Source: Convolutriloba macropyga (Eukaryota). Taken from it: a DNA stretch of 64,000 nucleotides. The notes under the pieces are model-generated. The model searched no databases. It was given only the letters and a program-made list of their open reading frames with translations, and was not told the origin of the DNA. Positions within the stretch are counted from its first letter, which is position 1, and each line of letters opens with the position of its first letter. The position numbers and the translations under genes were made by a program. The stretch is from contig NC_134472.1 of assembly GCF_964194025.1 (NCBI RefSeq), forward strand, positions 73,222,001 to 73,286,000, read 5' to 3'. Positions 22,701-35,310 of the stretch are shown here, one piece after another.

Positions 22701-25700
22701 AGATGTTTATTGATGCAACATTTTTGAGCCACAGTTAATAAATGCGCTTGGACAAAGCTTGAATCAATTATTGCAAACGTGTGTCTTTTTTATAAAATTT
22801 TCGCCGGACCAATTTCGTGTAGAACATTGTTTTGATTTCACTTCTCGAGTAACTTTTCGCGTTCGACTTTTGATATATAGTGATTTTTGTTGCGTGCATT
22901 CAGAAATCATGTCTGTTCCTATAATAAAACTGATTGTAAGAGCTGACCGTACATAGACCGTGTAGCGTAGATGTTAAAGTCATCAAATCTCTTCCAAGAG
23001 GTCGCGGATGGGAACCGCTCGCTTGTCAGAACTTTTTGGACCACAAAAGTGTCGCTTGCTTCTGCCTCATTCTAATTTTTTTTTACTCGCCTGCCGATCG
23101 AGAGCAATTCGTCGAATATTAGTCGGTTTATGTTTCCTAATGTGAAATTTAACAAAACGCTGAGTTTTAAAAAATTTATCTTTTTACAGCTTTGTTAATA
23201 GCCACTTTCTATTATATCAACTAGTAAGTTATGATTTTTAACTATTCGTTTTTCGAGAACTTCTGACTTCTTTGGACTTTTGTAAGTTGGACTTTGAACA
23301 TTTTTCAAAGCGCTGTGAGCTGAATGTTGCGCTATTGCACACCTCAAACAATTTTTTTCACACCTAAAGCAGTAATATTGTCACCTCATGCCGTTCTTTG
23401 AATGCTTAGAGTTTTATTTTAGTTCCCTGAAAAATTTTGTGAAACACCATTTTCTAAATGACTACCACCAATACTTGGTGATAAGTTGGCGACTTAAGGT
23501 TCCTCTTAACTGATTCAAGTTAAAACTAGAACTTCTATATAATGAAAGCTGTTACTAGTAAAGCATCGCGACTTAGATGTAAACAGCAGTTAATGTTTTC
23601 AAGAAGAGTTTACGAAAAGGAGTAGGGTAGTTGTTGATCTTCTGATTTTCAAACGTTTAAGTGTCAGCGAAACAGGATGTTCAAGTCATTATCACACTTG
23701 AAAAGAAATTGTTTAGGTCATCCTGCTGTACAAAAGTCAAAAGCAAAGAAGAGAATAAGAAGTTTCTGTTCATTTTTTGTGCCGAGAGGGGGCTAGAAAA
23801 GTTGGGCGAGACATCGAAATGTTTTACGTGCTGCTCTTTCGAAGCAGCTTTTAATGTTAACTCAGACTTTTTTGCTCAAAGTGGTTTATTCAAATATGCA
23901 AAGAATTAAATGTCCTTTTCAGAGCTGCTTTGAAATTTTCAAATTTTTTATGGTGTACAGTGCTGAAGTTATAGTTTGCAGTGTTGAATCTGAAGGTCTC
24001 ATTTTTAGGTGAAGAAGGCAATCTTCGGCACACAGGTCTACTTGACTTTGGCCACTATTCATAGAGATCCTGTTCAACAAGATGTTTATTGATGGGATGT
24101 CTTGTGCCCATTTAATAAATGCTCTTGAACAAAGCTTGAAGCAATTATTGCAAACGTGTTTCTTTTTCGTAAAATTTTCGCCGGACCAATTTCGTGTAGA
24201 ACATTGTTTTGATTTCACTTCTCGAGTAACTTTTCGCGTTCGACTTTTGATATATAGTGATTTTTGTTGCGTGCATTCAGAAATCATGTCTGTTCCTATA
24301 ATAAAACTGATTGTAAGAGCTGACCGTACATAGACCGTGTAGCGTAGATGTTAAAGTCATCAAATCTCTTCCAAGAGGTCGCGGATGGGAACCGCTCGCT
24401 TGTCAGAACTTTTTGGACCACAAAAGTGTCGCTTGCTTCTGCCTCATTCTAATTTTTTTTACTCGCCTGCCGATCGAGAGCAATTCGTCGAATATTAGTC
24501 GGTTTGTTTCCTAATGTGAAATTTAACAAAACGCTGAGTTTTAAAAAATTTATCTTTCTACAGCTTTGTTAATAGCCACTTTCTATTATATCAACTAGTA
24601 AGTTATGATTTTTAACTATTCGTTTTTCGAGAACTTCTGACTTCTTTGGACTTTTGTAAGTTGGACTTTGAACATTTTTCAAAGCGCTGTGAGCTGAATG
24701 TTGCGCTATTGCACACCTCAAACAATTTTTTTCACACCTCAAGCAGTAATATTGTCACCTCATGCCGTTCTTTGAATGCTTAGAGTTTTATTTTAGTTCC
24801 CTGAAAAATTTTGTGAAACACCATTTTCTAAATGACTACCACCAATACTTGGTGATAAGTTGGCGACTTAAGGTTCCTCTTAACTGATTCAAGTTAAAAC
24901 TAGAAATTCTATATAATGAAAGCTGTTACTAGTAAAGCATCGCGACTTAGATGTAAACAGCAGTTAATGTTTTCAAGAAGAGTTTACGAAAAGGAGTAGG
25001 GTAGTTGTTGATCTTCTGATTTTCAAACGTTTAAGTGTCAGTGAAACAGGATGTTCAATTCATTATCACACTTGAAAAGAAATTGTTTAGGTCATCCTGC
25101 TGTACAAAAGTCAAAAGCAAAGAAGAGAATAAGAAGTTTCTGTTCATTTTTTGTGCCGAGAGGGGGCTAGAAAAGTTGGGCGAGACATCGAAATGTTTTA
25201 CGTGCTGCTCCTTCGAAGCAGCTTTTAATGTTAACTCAGACTTTTTTGCTCAAAGTGGTTTATTCAAATATGCAAAGAATTAAATGTCCTTTTCAGAGCT
25301 GCTTTGAAATTTTCAAATTTTTTATGGTGTACAGTGCTGAAGTTATAGTTTGCAGTGTTGAATCTGAAGGTCTCATTTTTAGGTGAAGAAGGCAATCTTC
25401 GGCACACAGGTCTACTTGACTTTGGCCACTATTCATAGAGATCCTGTTCAACAAGATGTTTATTGATGCGACGTCTTGTGCCCATTTAATAAATGCTCTT
25501 GAACAAAGCTTGAAGCAATTATTGCAAACGTGTGTCTTTTTCGTAAAATTTTCGCCGGACCATTTTCGTGTAGAACATTGTTTCGATTTCACTCCTCGAG
25601 TAACTTTTCGCGTTCGACTTTTGATATTTAGTGATTTTTGTTGCGTGCATTTAGAAATCATGTCTGTTGCTATAATAAAACTGATTGTAAGAGCTGACGG

Positions 25701-26724
25701 TACATAGACAGTGTAGCGTTGATGTTAATGTCATCAAATCTCTTCCAAGAGGTCGCGGATGGGAACCTCTCGCTTGTCAGAACTTTTTGGACCACAAAAC
25801 TTTCGCTTGCTTCTGCCTCATTCTAATTTTTTTACTCGCCTGCCGATCGAGATTAATTCGTCGGATATTAGTCGGTTTATGTTTCCTAATGTGAAATTTA
25901 ACAAAACGCTGAGTTCTAAAAAAGTTATCTTTTTACAGCTTTGTTAATAGCCGCTTTCTATTATATCAACTAGAAAGTTATGATTTTTTAACTATTCGGT
26001 TTTCGAGAACTTCTGACTTCTTTGGTCTTTTGTAAATTGGGTTTTAGACTTTTGTAAGTTGGACTTTGAACTTTTTCCAAAGCGCTGTGAGCTGAATGTT
26101 GCTGTATTGCACACCTCAAACAATTTTTTTCACACCTCAAGCAGTAATATTGTCTCCTCATGCCGTTCTATGACTGCTTAGAGTTTTATTTCAGTTCCCT
26201 GAAAAGTTTTGGGGACAACCGTTTTCTATATGACTTATCACCAATACTTGTTGATAAGTTGGCGACTCAAGGTTCCTCTTAACTGATTCAAATTAAAACT
26301 AGAACTTCTATATAGTGAAAGCTGTTACTTGTAAAGCATCGCGACTTAAATGTAAACAGCAGTTAATGTTTTCGAGAAGAGTTTACGAAAAAGAGTAGGG
26401 TAGTTGTTGATCTTCTGATTTTCAAACGTTTAAGTGTCAGCGAAACAGGATGTTCAAGTCATTATCACACTTGAAAAGAAATTGTATAGGTCATCCTGCT
26501 GAACAGAAGTAAAAAACGAGAAGAGAATAAGAAGTTTCTGTTCATTTTTCCAGATGAGAGAGGGCTAGAAAAGTGTGTCGAACAAGTCTAAGACATCGAA
26601 ATGTTTTACCTGCTGGTCCTTCGAAGCAGTTTTTAATGTTAACTCTTTCTTTTTTGCTCAAAGTGGTTTTATTCAAATATGCAAAAAATTAAATTTCCTT
26701 TTGAGAGCCGCTTTTGAAGTTTTC
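19761..26724. repeat. Tandem array, five copies of a ~1.37-1.40-kb unit, each containing a complete ~400-bp family A HINE
   Basis: Units start at 19761, 21162, 22561, 23942 and 25316; identical short ORFs recur at this period; HINE in unit 1 at ~19936-20335. Confidence 0.97.
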
Positions 26725-26965
26725 GTATTTTTTTTTTTGGCTTTTAGATACGATGCTAGCTATTTTCTTGTCATTTTGACATATTTGAACGTTTTTGAGC
26801 AGTCGTTTTTTTCTCATGGTATTACACTCTACTGCGTTTAGTACTAGGTTTACTACGATTTTTGGTTTTACCGATTTGGTTGTTCCGTTTTTGTATTGCT
26901 CCCATTTTGTTATTTTTTGGGCGATAGGAACAATAAATTGCAGTCATTTCTCAAGATATTTGTTT

Positions 26966-27486
26966 AATAGCCGCCGTCAGCCTCAATGGCTATTATTTAG
27001 GTGCTCTCCTTTTGTAAATTTGTATTATTTTTTGATCTCCTTTATCGTTTTACATAAGTTACGGTTTTTACGCTCAACTTCTGGCTTACTTCACTCACTG
27101 TTTCAGCTGAACCGATTTAAAATTCTTTCGCGTATTGAATTAGGTTATGTTGTGAATACGGTCAAAGTCAAAAGGGCAAAATCAAAAGAAGCTTGACTAA
27201 CATATAAAGCCAGGTCATTAAGTCATAATGCATTAGGTTATTAAAGATCATTAAAGAGATTGCTAGGTGGCATTAGTATTTTGCTGAATGGCCTTCTATT
27301 TAGAAGCTGAATAAAGTGTTATTTTATAATTTAACCAAATATGCAGAATTTACACACCATATACGATCATTTTAACACTTAGAAAATTTTGTTCATTTTC
27401 TATCTCCTAATTTTTTCTGTTTCAATCCCAATGTGCGTTAGGCGCGTCAACGGTGGCTAATTTCCGGCAATCTGCCGGCTATGTTT
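26966..27486 (+). mobile_element. HINE family B copy
   Basis: aatagccgcc...ggctatt 5' hairpin; 3' cggtggctaattt-ccggcaatctgccgg-ctatgttt. Confidence 0.8.
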
Positions 27487-28280
27487 TTGTAATTAGCTTT
27501 AAATATTAGTTTTATGTAGTGTTTTCTCAGATAATTGATTTTTTGCGCCTGTTTCGTTCTTTTCCGTTGCTCTCTGTGGTTTCTGTTGAATAGACAGTTC
27601 CTTATTTGAACAAAAATATTATCACATGAGCTCGAGGGTAATCATTTGGACTCAGCGACTTGTATATGATTTTTTTCCAAAAATGATATTTCATTTTTTT
27701 TGTTTTTCTTGCCGGCTAATTTTTCTGCAATTGTCTCTAGGTCGGTCATTATTGTATTGTCTATCATGTGATCGGTCATGTAGATTGAAGACTGTAGCAG
27801 ATGGCGTTTTTAGAATATGGTTTAGTATTTAGATTAATTGACTTCATGTTTTGTTTTTAATGTTAGTCCGTTTGGCAGAATTTTTGTTGGATGTGAATTT
27901 TAAGTTTTCTTCATACAGCTCACAGGATGGGATTGTTCCTTTTTTGCAGAAATTGTGTGTTCGAGTAAATTGCCTCGGCTGTTTCTGAAAAATAATTATA
28001 CATAAAAAAATTTTCGGAAATGTGCTGGCTATGGTTGAAGGTAAAATTTTTTGATAACTGCTTTTTAATTCCTCTTTGATTGATGTTTTCTTTGATTGTT
28101 TGATCAGTTGTGAGGTCAAACGCAATTTCAAAATATATAATGAGATACATTTTTTTTTTTCAATTCACATCAGTTTTTGTCACTTCAGACCACTTTCAAT
28201 GCATCTTGGTCATTGATTGGTGTAACAGTTTCAGATAAGTTATTTCTCTGAAATGTAGGTTACGTTGACTCGTAATAGTC

Positions 28281-29022
28281 ATGGAGGACAGGAGACTTTC
28301 CAACTTTCTATCCGTCGATTTCCTGAACTCAGAGGATGAACGGAAGCACGACGAGTACTGGGCCAGACTTAGACCGGTGGAAAATTCCACAAAATCTGTT
28401 GAGATCGACTACGACAGACTGTGTAATGAAACCAACCTACCAATTCCAGAACTCTTTGACAAACGACAGCCTGACTGTGCTTTTGGAGCTAACCAAGCCG
28501 TAACCAGAGAGAAAATTTGGCAGCTTATAACCAATCCTGATTTCATCAAATCTCAGATTAAAGACGGAACTGCCTCATTGAGGTTGAAAAATGACGTCAT
28601 AGTTGCTTGTGATTACTTTTCACATTCTGACGAGGAAGATTTTTTAATAGCGAAATATGTGTTGCACAGAAGAACCCTAGCAGCAATTAATGCACTGTCC
28701 GCAAAATTTAGCCTCAGCTCCAAAACGAAATCAATCAATGATGCAGCAAATGTAGCCCTGATGCGCAAAATTGCCTCGGATCCCTTCAACCAGTCACTCC
28801 TATGCTCGGATACGGGTAGAGAACTTGATGGTAACTCAGCTCTGCTCCGCGTTGCTGTCAAATCATTTTTAGCTCTTCTTATGAGTTTACTGAGGCATGA
28901 TATGAATGAGTTGTCTATTGGTGGAAGAAGTCAAAGCTACACTGGAGCGGGAGTTGAGGTCATGGAGGCTGCTTTGGAGGTCATTGGGTCGCTTCCTACA
29001 GGAGTATTTTCTGCATCTTCAG
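28281..29022 (+). CDS. HERC1: HERC1 E3 ubiquitin ligase, coding exon 1 of 5
   Basis: 742-nt frame resembling the HERC1 N-terminus (YDRLCNE, ALLRVAVKSFLALLMSLLR); upstream acceptor at 28256-28258; donor gtaacg. The five exons sum to 13494 nt (4497 aa + stop). Confidence 0.8.
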
Positions 29023-29078
29023 GTAACGGCTAAAATTTTGGAGATCTGTCTGTTTTAGATTTAAAGATCATATTTATT

Positions 29079-29388
29079 AATTGCTCTCAAACGAAGTTTG
29101 TAGCAATTATATTAGTCCTGTTGGTCTTTTTTTATGCGATTTTTCGCTTGACCAATTTTTCGTCTGACGCTTTTGACTTTTCGTCCTCAAAAACGGGATA
29201 AACAGGTAGCGCCCAGCGGGCATTAAGTGCTCTTAGAGCCTTTCAGGTCTGTTTCAGCTCAAACTGTTTTGGAGACTTATACTTATGGTGTGAAAGGCGG
29301 TTCTTATAGTTTGAGAACCCCTACTGACGAAGCCAACCGCTCGCCGGTCGTTTGAGAGCAATTCGTCCGACGTTAGTCGGTTATGTTT
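29079..29388 (+). mobile_element. HINE family A, cleanest copy
   Basis: Perfect 16-bp subterminal IR aattgctctcaaacga (29079-29094) / tcgtttgagagcaatt (29348-29363); stem-loop ccgac-gtta-gtcgg 29367-29380; ttatgttt; T-rich flanks, no clear TSD. Confidence 0.9.
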
Positions 29389-30389
29389 TACAATAACGAT
29401 GATGGTATCAAGTGAAAATGTCTTTGAATTTCGTTGTTGCTGAGAAATTGACCGTTTTTCCGAAAGTCGTCCTTTTAGCTTGAGAATTTGGGAAAAATTG
29501 AAAAAAAAATTGATTTTTCATCCGAAATGAAAAGGCACTAGACGCTCTAGCTCTTTCTAAGATGCTTTCATACAATTTGCAGCGAATTCCGATTTCGAAA
29601 AGAGAAAGGCTTGTTGTGGTGCAGACTTGAGCTCTAATAGTAATGAAATAGACGACATTCCAAATTGCTTTTCCTGCATATCGTGCCTTTAATTTATTTC
29701 GAAATCTTTAATTAATTTCTTGCCTATCGTGCCTTAATTTCAAATTGTGGCTCAGTTTTTGTCTTTTTGACTAACCTGGTTTTATTGACAGACAATACAT
29801 GTTTAGTGTCGCTGCATAGTGCAGAAAAACTGGCGGATTCAAGCCACAGTTATTGAATATAATAGCGCTGAAAAAAATATATCAATTTTCCATAAAGTTT
29901 GTGTAGCCCGCATTTTTTCTAATTTATCAAGTCAATCAATGCTGTTAAATGAAAGGTCGTAAATGCTTTTTTAACTTTGCATACTTCTATTTGGTTGAGT
30001 TGTTTATTATGCCGCTATAACAATTTGATGAAAACTTTTGCACTAATTCTTTTGTTTGACCACATTTTAGCTGTAATTTATTTTTTAATGTATATTATTA
30101 ACTAGCAAAGTTCGTTTTAGTGTTAGTACAGGCTTCAGGGATTATTTGCTTATTGTTTTCAACCAAATAACTAAGTTGAATGATTTTCAGTTTCGGTTTT
30201 TTTTTGTTTTCCATTTGGGTTGCATGAGCCCCACTAGCAGTGGCGTATGTCGTTTTGGTCTCTTGATTCAAAATTTTGGGATTCCTACATGCTATATTTT
30301 ATGTTTTGTCGATTCTTGCTTTTTTTAGAAAGTGGTATGTATTTTCTGGTGCTGCATTGTTTCTATTACTGAAAAATAAAGTATTAATT

Positions 30390-30575
30390 AATTGCTCTCA
30401 CGAAGTTTGTAGTAATTATATTAGTTCTGTGGTCTTTTTATGCAATTTTTTCCTTGGTCGATTTTTCGTCTGACCCATTTGGCTTTTTTGAGTTGAACCA
30501 TAGCTAGCTACTGACGAAACGAACCGCTTGCCGGTTGCTTGAGAGCAATTCGCCCGACGTTAGTCGGTTATGTTT
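30390..30575 (+). mobile_element. Short HINE family A copy
   Basis: aattgctctcacgaag ... tgagagcaatt-ccgacgttagtcgg-ttatgttt. Confidence 0.85.
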
Positions 30576-30586
30576 TTGGCGTATGG

Positions 30587-30818
30587 TTCACCTAAGGAAG
30601 AAATCAATAAATCAATATTGAACAATAAAATATCTGAGCTAGAACAAGCACAACTCCGACGTAAAACGGGCACATACATCAAAATAGGAAAGCCATACAA
30701 AATAAGAATATTTTGTATGGCTTTCCTATTTTGGCGTATGGGCCCATTTTGCGTCGAAGTTGTGCTTGTTTTAGCTCAGGCATTTTGTTGTTCATTATCG
30801 ATTTCTTCCTTAGGTGAA
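30587..30818. repeat. ~230-bp foldback palindrome (MITE-like)
   Basis: ttcacctaaggaagaaatc...gatttcttccttaggtgaa; arms pair almost to the centre (aaaataggaaagccatacaaaata / tattttgtatggctttcctatttt). Confidence 0.9.
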
Positions 30819-31202
30819 ATTTCGAAGGAAACTGGAGATGGCGGTACCGTAGTATCATGGTCTGTATTCAGAAAATAGACCGTTTGTTCGAGACTTGATA
30901 TATGAATTGACATTCGGCTCCATGTCCTGTTTTTTTCCCATCATCATTGCCTATATAATCATGCGTTTTGTTTCATAATGCTTTCTTGAACATGACTCCT
31001 GAAGTCTCGCGCGAGTCCTTTTTGTTTGTTTTCTATTTGGGTATTTTATAACTCCCGTCAATTTCGAGTTGTTGTTTTTTTTTATAAAGGTAGAAGAGTT
31101 GAAATTATCGTAAATGTTCAACACAAGCAAATTTGAATCGATTAAATCTCCTTCAATTAATTTCAAATAAATCTCCTTCAATTAATCCCTTCACGTTAAA
31201 AT

Positions 31203-31290
31203 TCTCACTAAACTGTAGCTAGCAAATGACGCAGCCAACTGGTCACCGGTCGTTTTAGAGCAACTCGCCCAACGTTAGTCGGTTATGTTT
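31203..31290 (+). mobile_element. HINE family A 3' fragment
   Basis: tcgttttagagcaact-ccaacgttagtcgg-ttatgttt. Confidence 0.7.
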
Positions 31291-32318
31291 AATATATTAC
31301 TTAAGTTTAGTTTATAAAAACTAAAATTTTAACTAGTCTTAACTAATATTTTAATTGATATTTTAGCTTTCAGTAATAAAAACAATGCAGCACCAGAAAA
31401 TACATAGCACTTTCTAACAGAAGCAAGAATTGACAAAATACAGCATGCAATTTAGGCAAAAAATAACAGCATGTAAATTCTGGAATCCCAAATGGTTTTG
31501 AATTAAGAAACCAAAACTACGTACCGCCACTGAGGCTGCTACTGAATTAAAAAATCTTTTAACGATATTTTTTCAGAAAGACTAGAACTAATATTTTAAA
31601 ATTTATCATTAGAATTATTAAAAGATTTGGTGCACAATTATGCTACATTTGAATTTTTTAAAGCTGTATTTAGCAGTTTTTAATTTCGATGACGTTGATA
31701 ATGTAAGAAAACTTTTAACGTATCGTCGCATTTTTTTCCTGTTTACTTTCTGATTTCATGATATTTGAAAAAAAAAATGAGTTGCCTATCTTAAGTAGCT
31801 GTAAGAAAACACAGATGCGTGAGTCTCCTTCTTCTTGTCTTTTTTGATTTAAAATTAAGAGTACTTTTTACTGCCCAAATGATCGAAAAGTTTATTTAAT
31901 TGTAGTTTTCGTTCGTCGACTAGCTTTGTTCTGAAACCCAACGACGATCTTGTATTGCCACCCAATCTTTGTTCTGAAAATTGGTAAAACAGGAAGAGAA
32001 ACCTACCTAAAATGTTGACTGAAAAAAAATGTTTTAAATCTAAAATTTCTTAGCAGCTATTTAAAAGAAAATCCTAATGTTGGTTGGGAAAACATTATTT
32101 GTACAAATATTTCATATTCTTTAGGATCTTCAAAAATCGTGTGAACTTAACTCTCAACGGTCAAACATTTGAGCATTATAGTGGAGTGATAATTTTATAA
32201 AGTGTGCCATAAAAGGAATCCATCCCATTGAAAAATACTGCTTTCCGTACATTAAGGTGCAAATAGACTTAAGGTAATTATGCAGGTGAAGGATTTTTTG
32301 GCTAACACATTTTTTTAG

Positions 32319-33215
32319 GACTACACAAATCCAGCCAAGACTGCTTAAAGGAAGTCAGCCAGTTTCTCAGAAAGTTCATTGACGTCACTGCAAAATCAGA
32401 ACAAGCGAGTGAAATCTGTGAACATGCAATTGCAATGACTGTTGATATTCTAGTCAGCTTGGCGCTTCTTAAGTATTCTACAAATGAACTCCTGGAAATA
32501 ATTCTGATGATTCTCAGCACTTCCGATGTTATCAGATCTGCAAAAATTGTCAAGTTGAGAATAGATAGAATTTGTAAACAGTACTATTCCACGTCACACG
32601 ATGAAATTGTTCAGAGCCTCAGCAAAACAGAAGGGGCTACGATTACAGTCGAGTCAGCTGTTCAAGTCATTTTGCACTGCATGGCTTCCAAAGCGTTTAA
32701 ACTGTCGCAACCGAGTTTGACGGCGCCCAAAATGAAGCAAAATTTATCAGTTTGGGGCAACGGGAAAGAAAGTGAGAATTTTACGGCAAATTTTGAAGCC
32801 CTCACTAACGGATGTCTCAGAGCCCATGCGGGAAATTCTATCAATTACTACATAGACTTTAGAGGACAATTATGGGTTGAGAGATTGGGCGACGAAGCGG
32901 AAGGCATTGTTGGTCCGGTCGAACCCAAGTCCAGTTTCAACCACATTTGCTTTCTTAAAGTGAGCTCGTCTTTAAACCAGGCTTCAGGAGACACTCTCTT
33001 TCTATCGACAACAGGCGATGTGTACAAGCTGTCAAATCAGACTATTTGGGAAGCGAAGTGCGACAATTTGATGTCTGTATTAAGTCCAAGTATCATTCGA
33101 GGCAACCTGGACAAGACTAGAGTGGTATCTATCTCAGCTGGGTTTAAGCACTGTGCTTGTGTCACAGAAAATGGTGCTTTGTTCACGTGGGGTGCTGGAA
33201 ACATGGGTCAACTGG
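32319..33215 (+). CDS. HERC1: HERC1 exon 2 (start of RCC1-like domain 1)
   Basis: tttttttag acceptor; DCLKEVSQFLRK; ISAGFKHCACVTENGALFTWGAGNMGQLG RCC1 repeat; donor gtaaat. Confidence 0.9.
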
Positions 33216-33439
33216 GTAAATTTTTTAATTTGAAGTTCTTGCGTAAACCTGCAAGAGAATTGAGTTTAAGCGCCAACTCGAGAGGGGATAGAGCCCAAAA
33301 TTAATAATAGCTCGCCCAAAAAGTGGGGAGATGTATATAGAAGCTGAATAGATCGAGTGATAATGTATCAGAATGATTGCTTCAATTTTGAAGCTGAGCT
33401 ACTATGTAACCCAATGGGAGGTGACTTAATTGATTAATT

Positions 33440-33966
33440 AATAGCCGCCCTCATCTTCTCAGCCGGCTATTATAGCGCTCCTTTTTTTTACTTCGCCAAA
33501 CTTTTTTTCGCTTTACCCATTTTGCCACTTTTTCGACATTTTGCGTGAAATCTTTTTGACTTCTCTAGGCTAGTTTCACTCTTCTGTCATTCTGCTCAAA
33601 GTCCTTTTAAACAGCAGATGCTCAGCAAAGCAATTCAAAATGAAGAGAGTCAGTATTAAAAAAATCAAAGTCAGAATAGAAACGTGATAAACCCATAAAA
33701 CCCATTTTTAGATGCCCGGTACTTGAACTTTGTTCTCATAAGTTTTAATTACTATCTATAATGCTTATTGGTATTGATACTAGACCCTGTAGCCTCTCAC
33801 TGAGAGTCAGAAGTATGTTCAATTACGAAATGACATCAAAATAAATCGCACTTAATAATGTTTTTATACAAAAATCAATTTTTGTTGATATTTTCTTTTC
33901 TTGCAATCTCAATAGAGTTATGGGAATCAACGGTGGCTGTTTTCCGGCAATCTGCCGGGTATGTTT
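33440..33966 (+). mobile_element. HINE family B subfamily copy with no nested insert (empty counterpart of 36680-38863)
   Basis: aatagccgccctcatcttctcagccggctatt...ctccttttttttacttcgcc...ccggcaatctgccgg-gtatgttt. Confidence 0.9.
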
Positions 33967-34413
33967 GATTATTCTCGATTCACTCAATGAGAGGGGAGTT
34001 GAACAAATGCCTGCGTAAACGAAAAAGACGAAAGCAATTGATGAAATTAAGAACAGGAGGGGGATGGAAAACTCAATTAGTAGACTTTTGATTTGAATTA
34101 GAACCACGTCAGCAATAAACTAAGCAATTTACAGTTCTAAACATTAAAAAACTCATAAGTGTTTGGCGGATAACGATTTCTTTGGAGCCAATCAGTGTTT
34201 ACATCGTGCTCAGTTTTTGCTCATGCTATTGCACGGTTTGAAATTTAGTTTGACACTGAACAATGGCACCTATAATGAGGTGTAAAAACTTGTACAAAAA
34301 CTTTATTACAATTTACGTTTGAAAACTTCATTACAATTTACGTTTTTGCGCTGCCACTACATTCTTTGGGTCCCGCTGAATTTTGATAATAAATTGTGAT
34401 TTCATACAGGAAA

Positions 34414-34639
34414 AGAAAATTTTGTGAGCTACGTACTGTATATTATCTGTTTTGAGCACTTCTAATTTCGATGAAGTTGATAGTGTAAGGAAGTTTTTTT
34501 ACTTATGTTCTCATGTTTTCGGTTAGTTTAGGAACTAATAGAAAATTAACTAACAAAGAATTCCCTACGCTATCAACGTCATCGAAATTAAAAGTGCTTA
34601 AAACAGTTAATATACAGTACAGAACTCACAAAATTTTCT
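34414..34639. repeat. Inverted repeat or MITE-like element, ~80-bp arms
   Basis: agaaaattttgtgag...gtactgtatatta...tttcgatgaagttgatag versus ctatcaacgtcatcgaaa...taatatacagtac...ctcacaaaattttct. Confidence 0.8.
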
Positions 34640-34730
34640 AGTTACTCTTGTAGCTGACACTCCATTAAAGTGTAGGCAATGTTAATTATAGAACAGTTAA
34701 TAATTTGAGTAAATTTTTTGTGGCATTTAG

Positions 34731-34874
34731 GACACGGAGACTCTTTGTCTTCTGCGGTTCCACAGCTGGTCGAGAGCTTGAGCATGATTGGCGATGTTTC
34801 CTGTGGGAAGCTGTGCACTTTTGTCACCTCAATTGATGCAAACAAAGTGTGGTCCTTCGGACGTCAGAGCAAAG
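34731..34874 (+). CDS. HERC1: HERC1 exon 3 (RCC1 repeat)
   Basis: catttag acceptor; GHGDSLSSAVPQLVESL...VSCGKLCTFV...KVWSFG; donor gtcagc. Confidence 0.88.
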
Positions 34875-35043
34875 GTCAGCGCAAATTACAATATCTGACT
34901 GTTCTTGTTGTTCGAAGTATGCGAACGGTTGAGTCTATCGTATAAAATTTGAGTGCAAATAATTTTGCTGTCCAAATTTGAGCTTGCAATCTATGGTAAA
35001 AATTTGCTTTGAAATTAGCTACTAGCTAATTAGAGGTGTCATT

Positions 35044-35310
35044 AATTGCTCTCTGACAAAATGGGGCCACAGAGTTCTAAGCCTCGGAGCAACTCTATTG
35101 GAGCTTTGCTAAACTTTAAGTGTCCTGTTCAGTGGAGCTGTCTCTAGAAAAGCTTGGCGAGGCAAATATTCATGGCTTGAAGGATTTTCCAAACCCGTTA
35201 CTTCTATTTTCTGGCTCGGTTGCTAGCCCCCTATGCTTAAGCTAGCTAAAACCAAAGCCAATCTCTCGACTGTTGTTCGAGAGCAATTCGTTCGGTAGTA
35301 ATTAGTTATT
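35044..35310 (+). mobile_element. Degenerate HINE family A copy, followed by orphan stacked B/B/C 5' ends to ~35485
   Basis: aattgctctc start; ttcgagagcaatt near the end; tatagttgcgaagctgaaagctgagcttcgctata plus cgattcgaagaggagt matches 10001-10076. Confidence 0.6.

Larger units (their letters stand above)
30238..31532. mobile_element. MITE-like element with ~150-180-bp imperfect TIRs starting CAGTGGCG (hAT-like), carrying internal insertions
   Basis: 30238-30390 is the approximate reverse complement of ~31350-31532; no TSD recognisable. Confidence 0.7.

Noticed and set aside
19633-26841. Recurrent ORFs (MNQLLQ..., MFKSLS..., MISECT...) as a gene family
   Set aside because: They recur only because of the tandem array, overlap HINE sequence and are frameshifted between copies.
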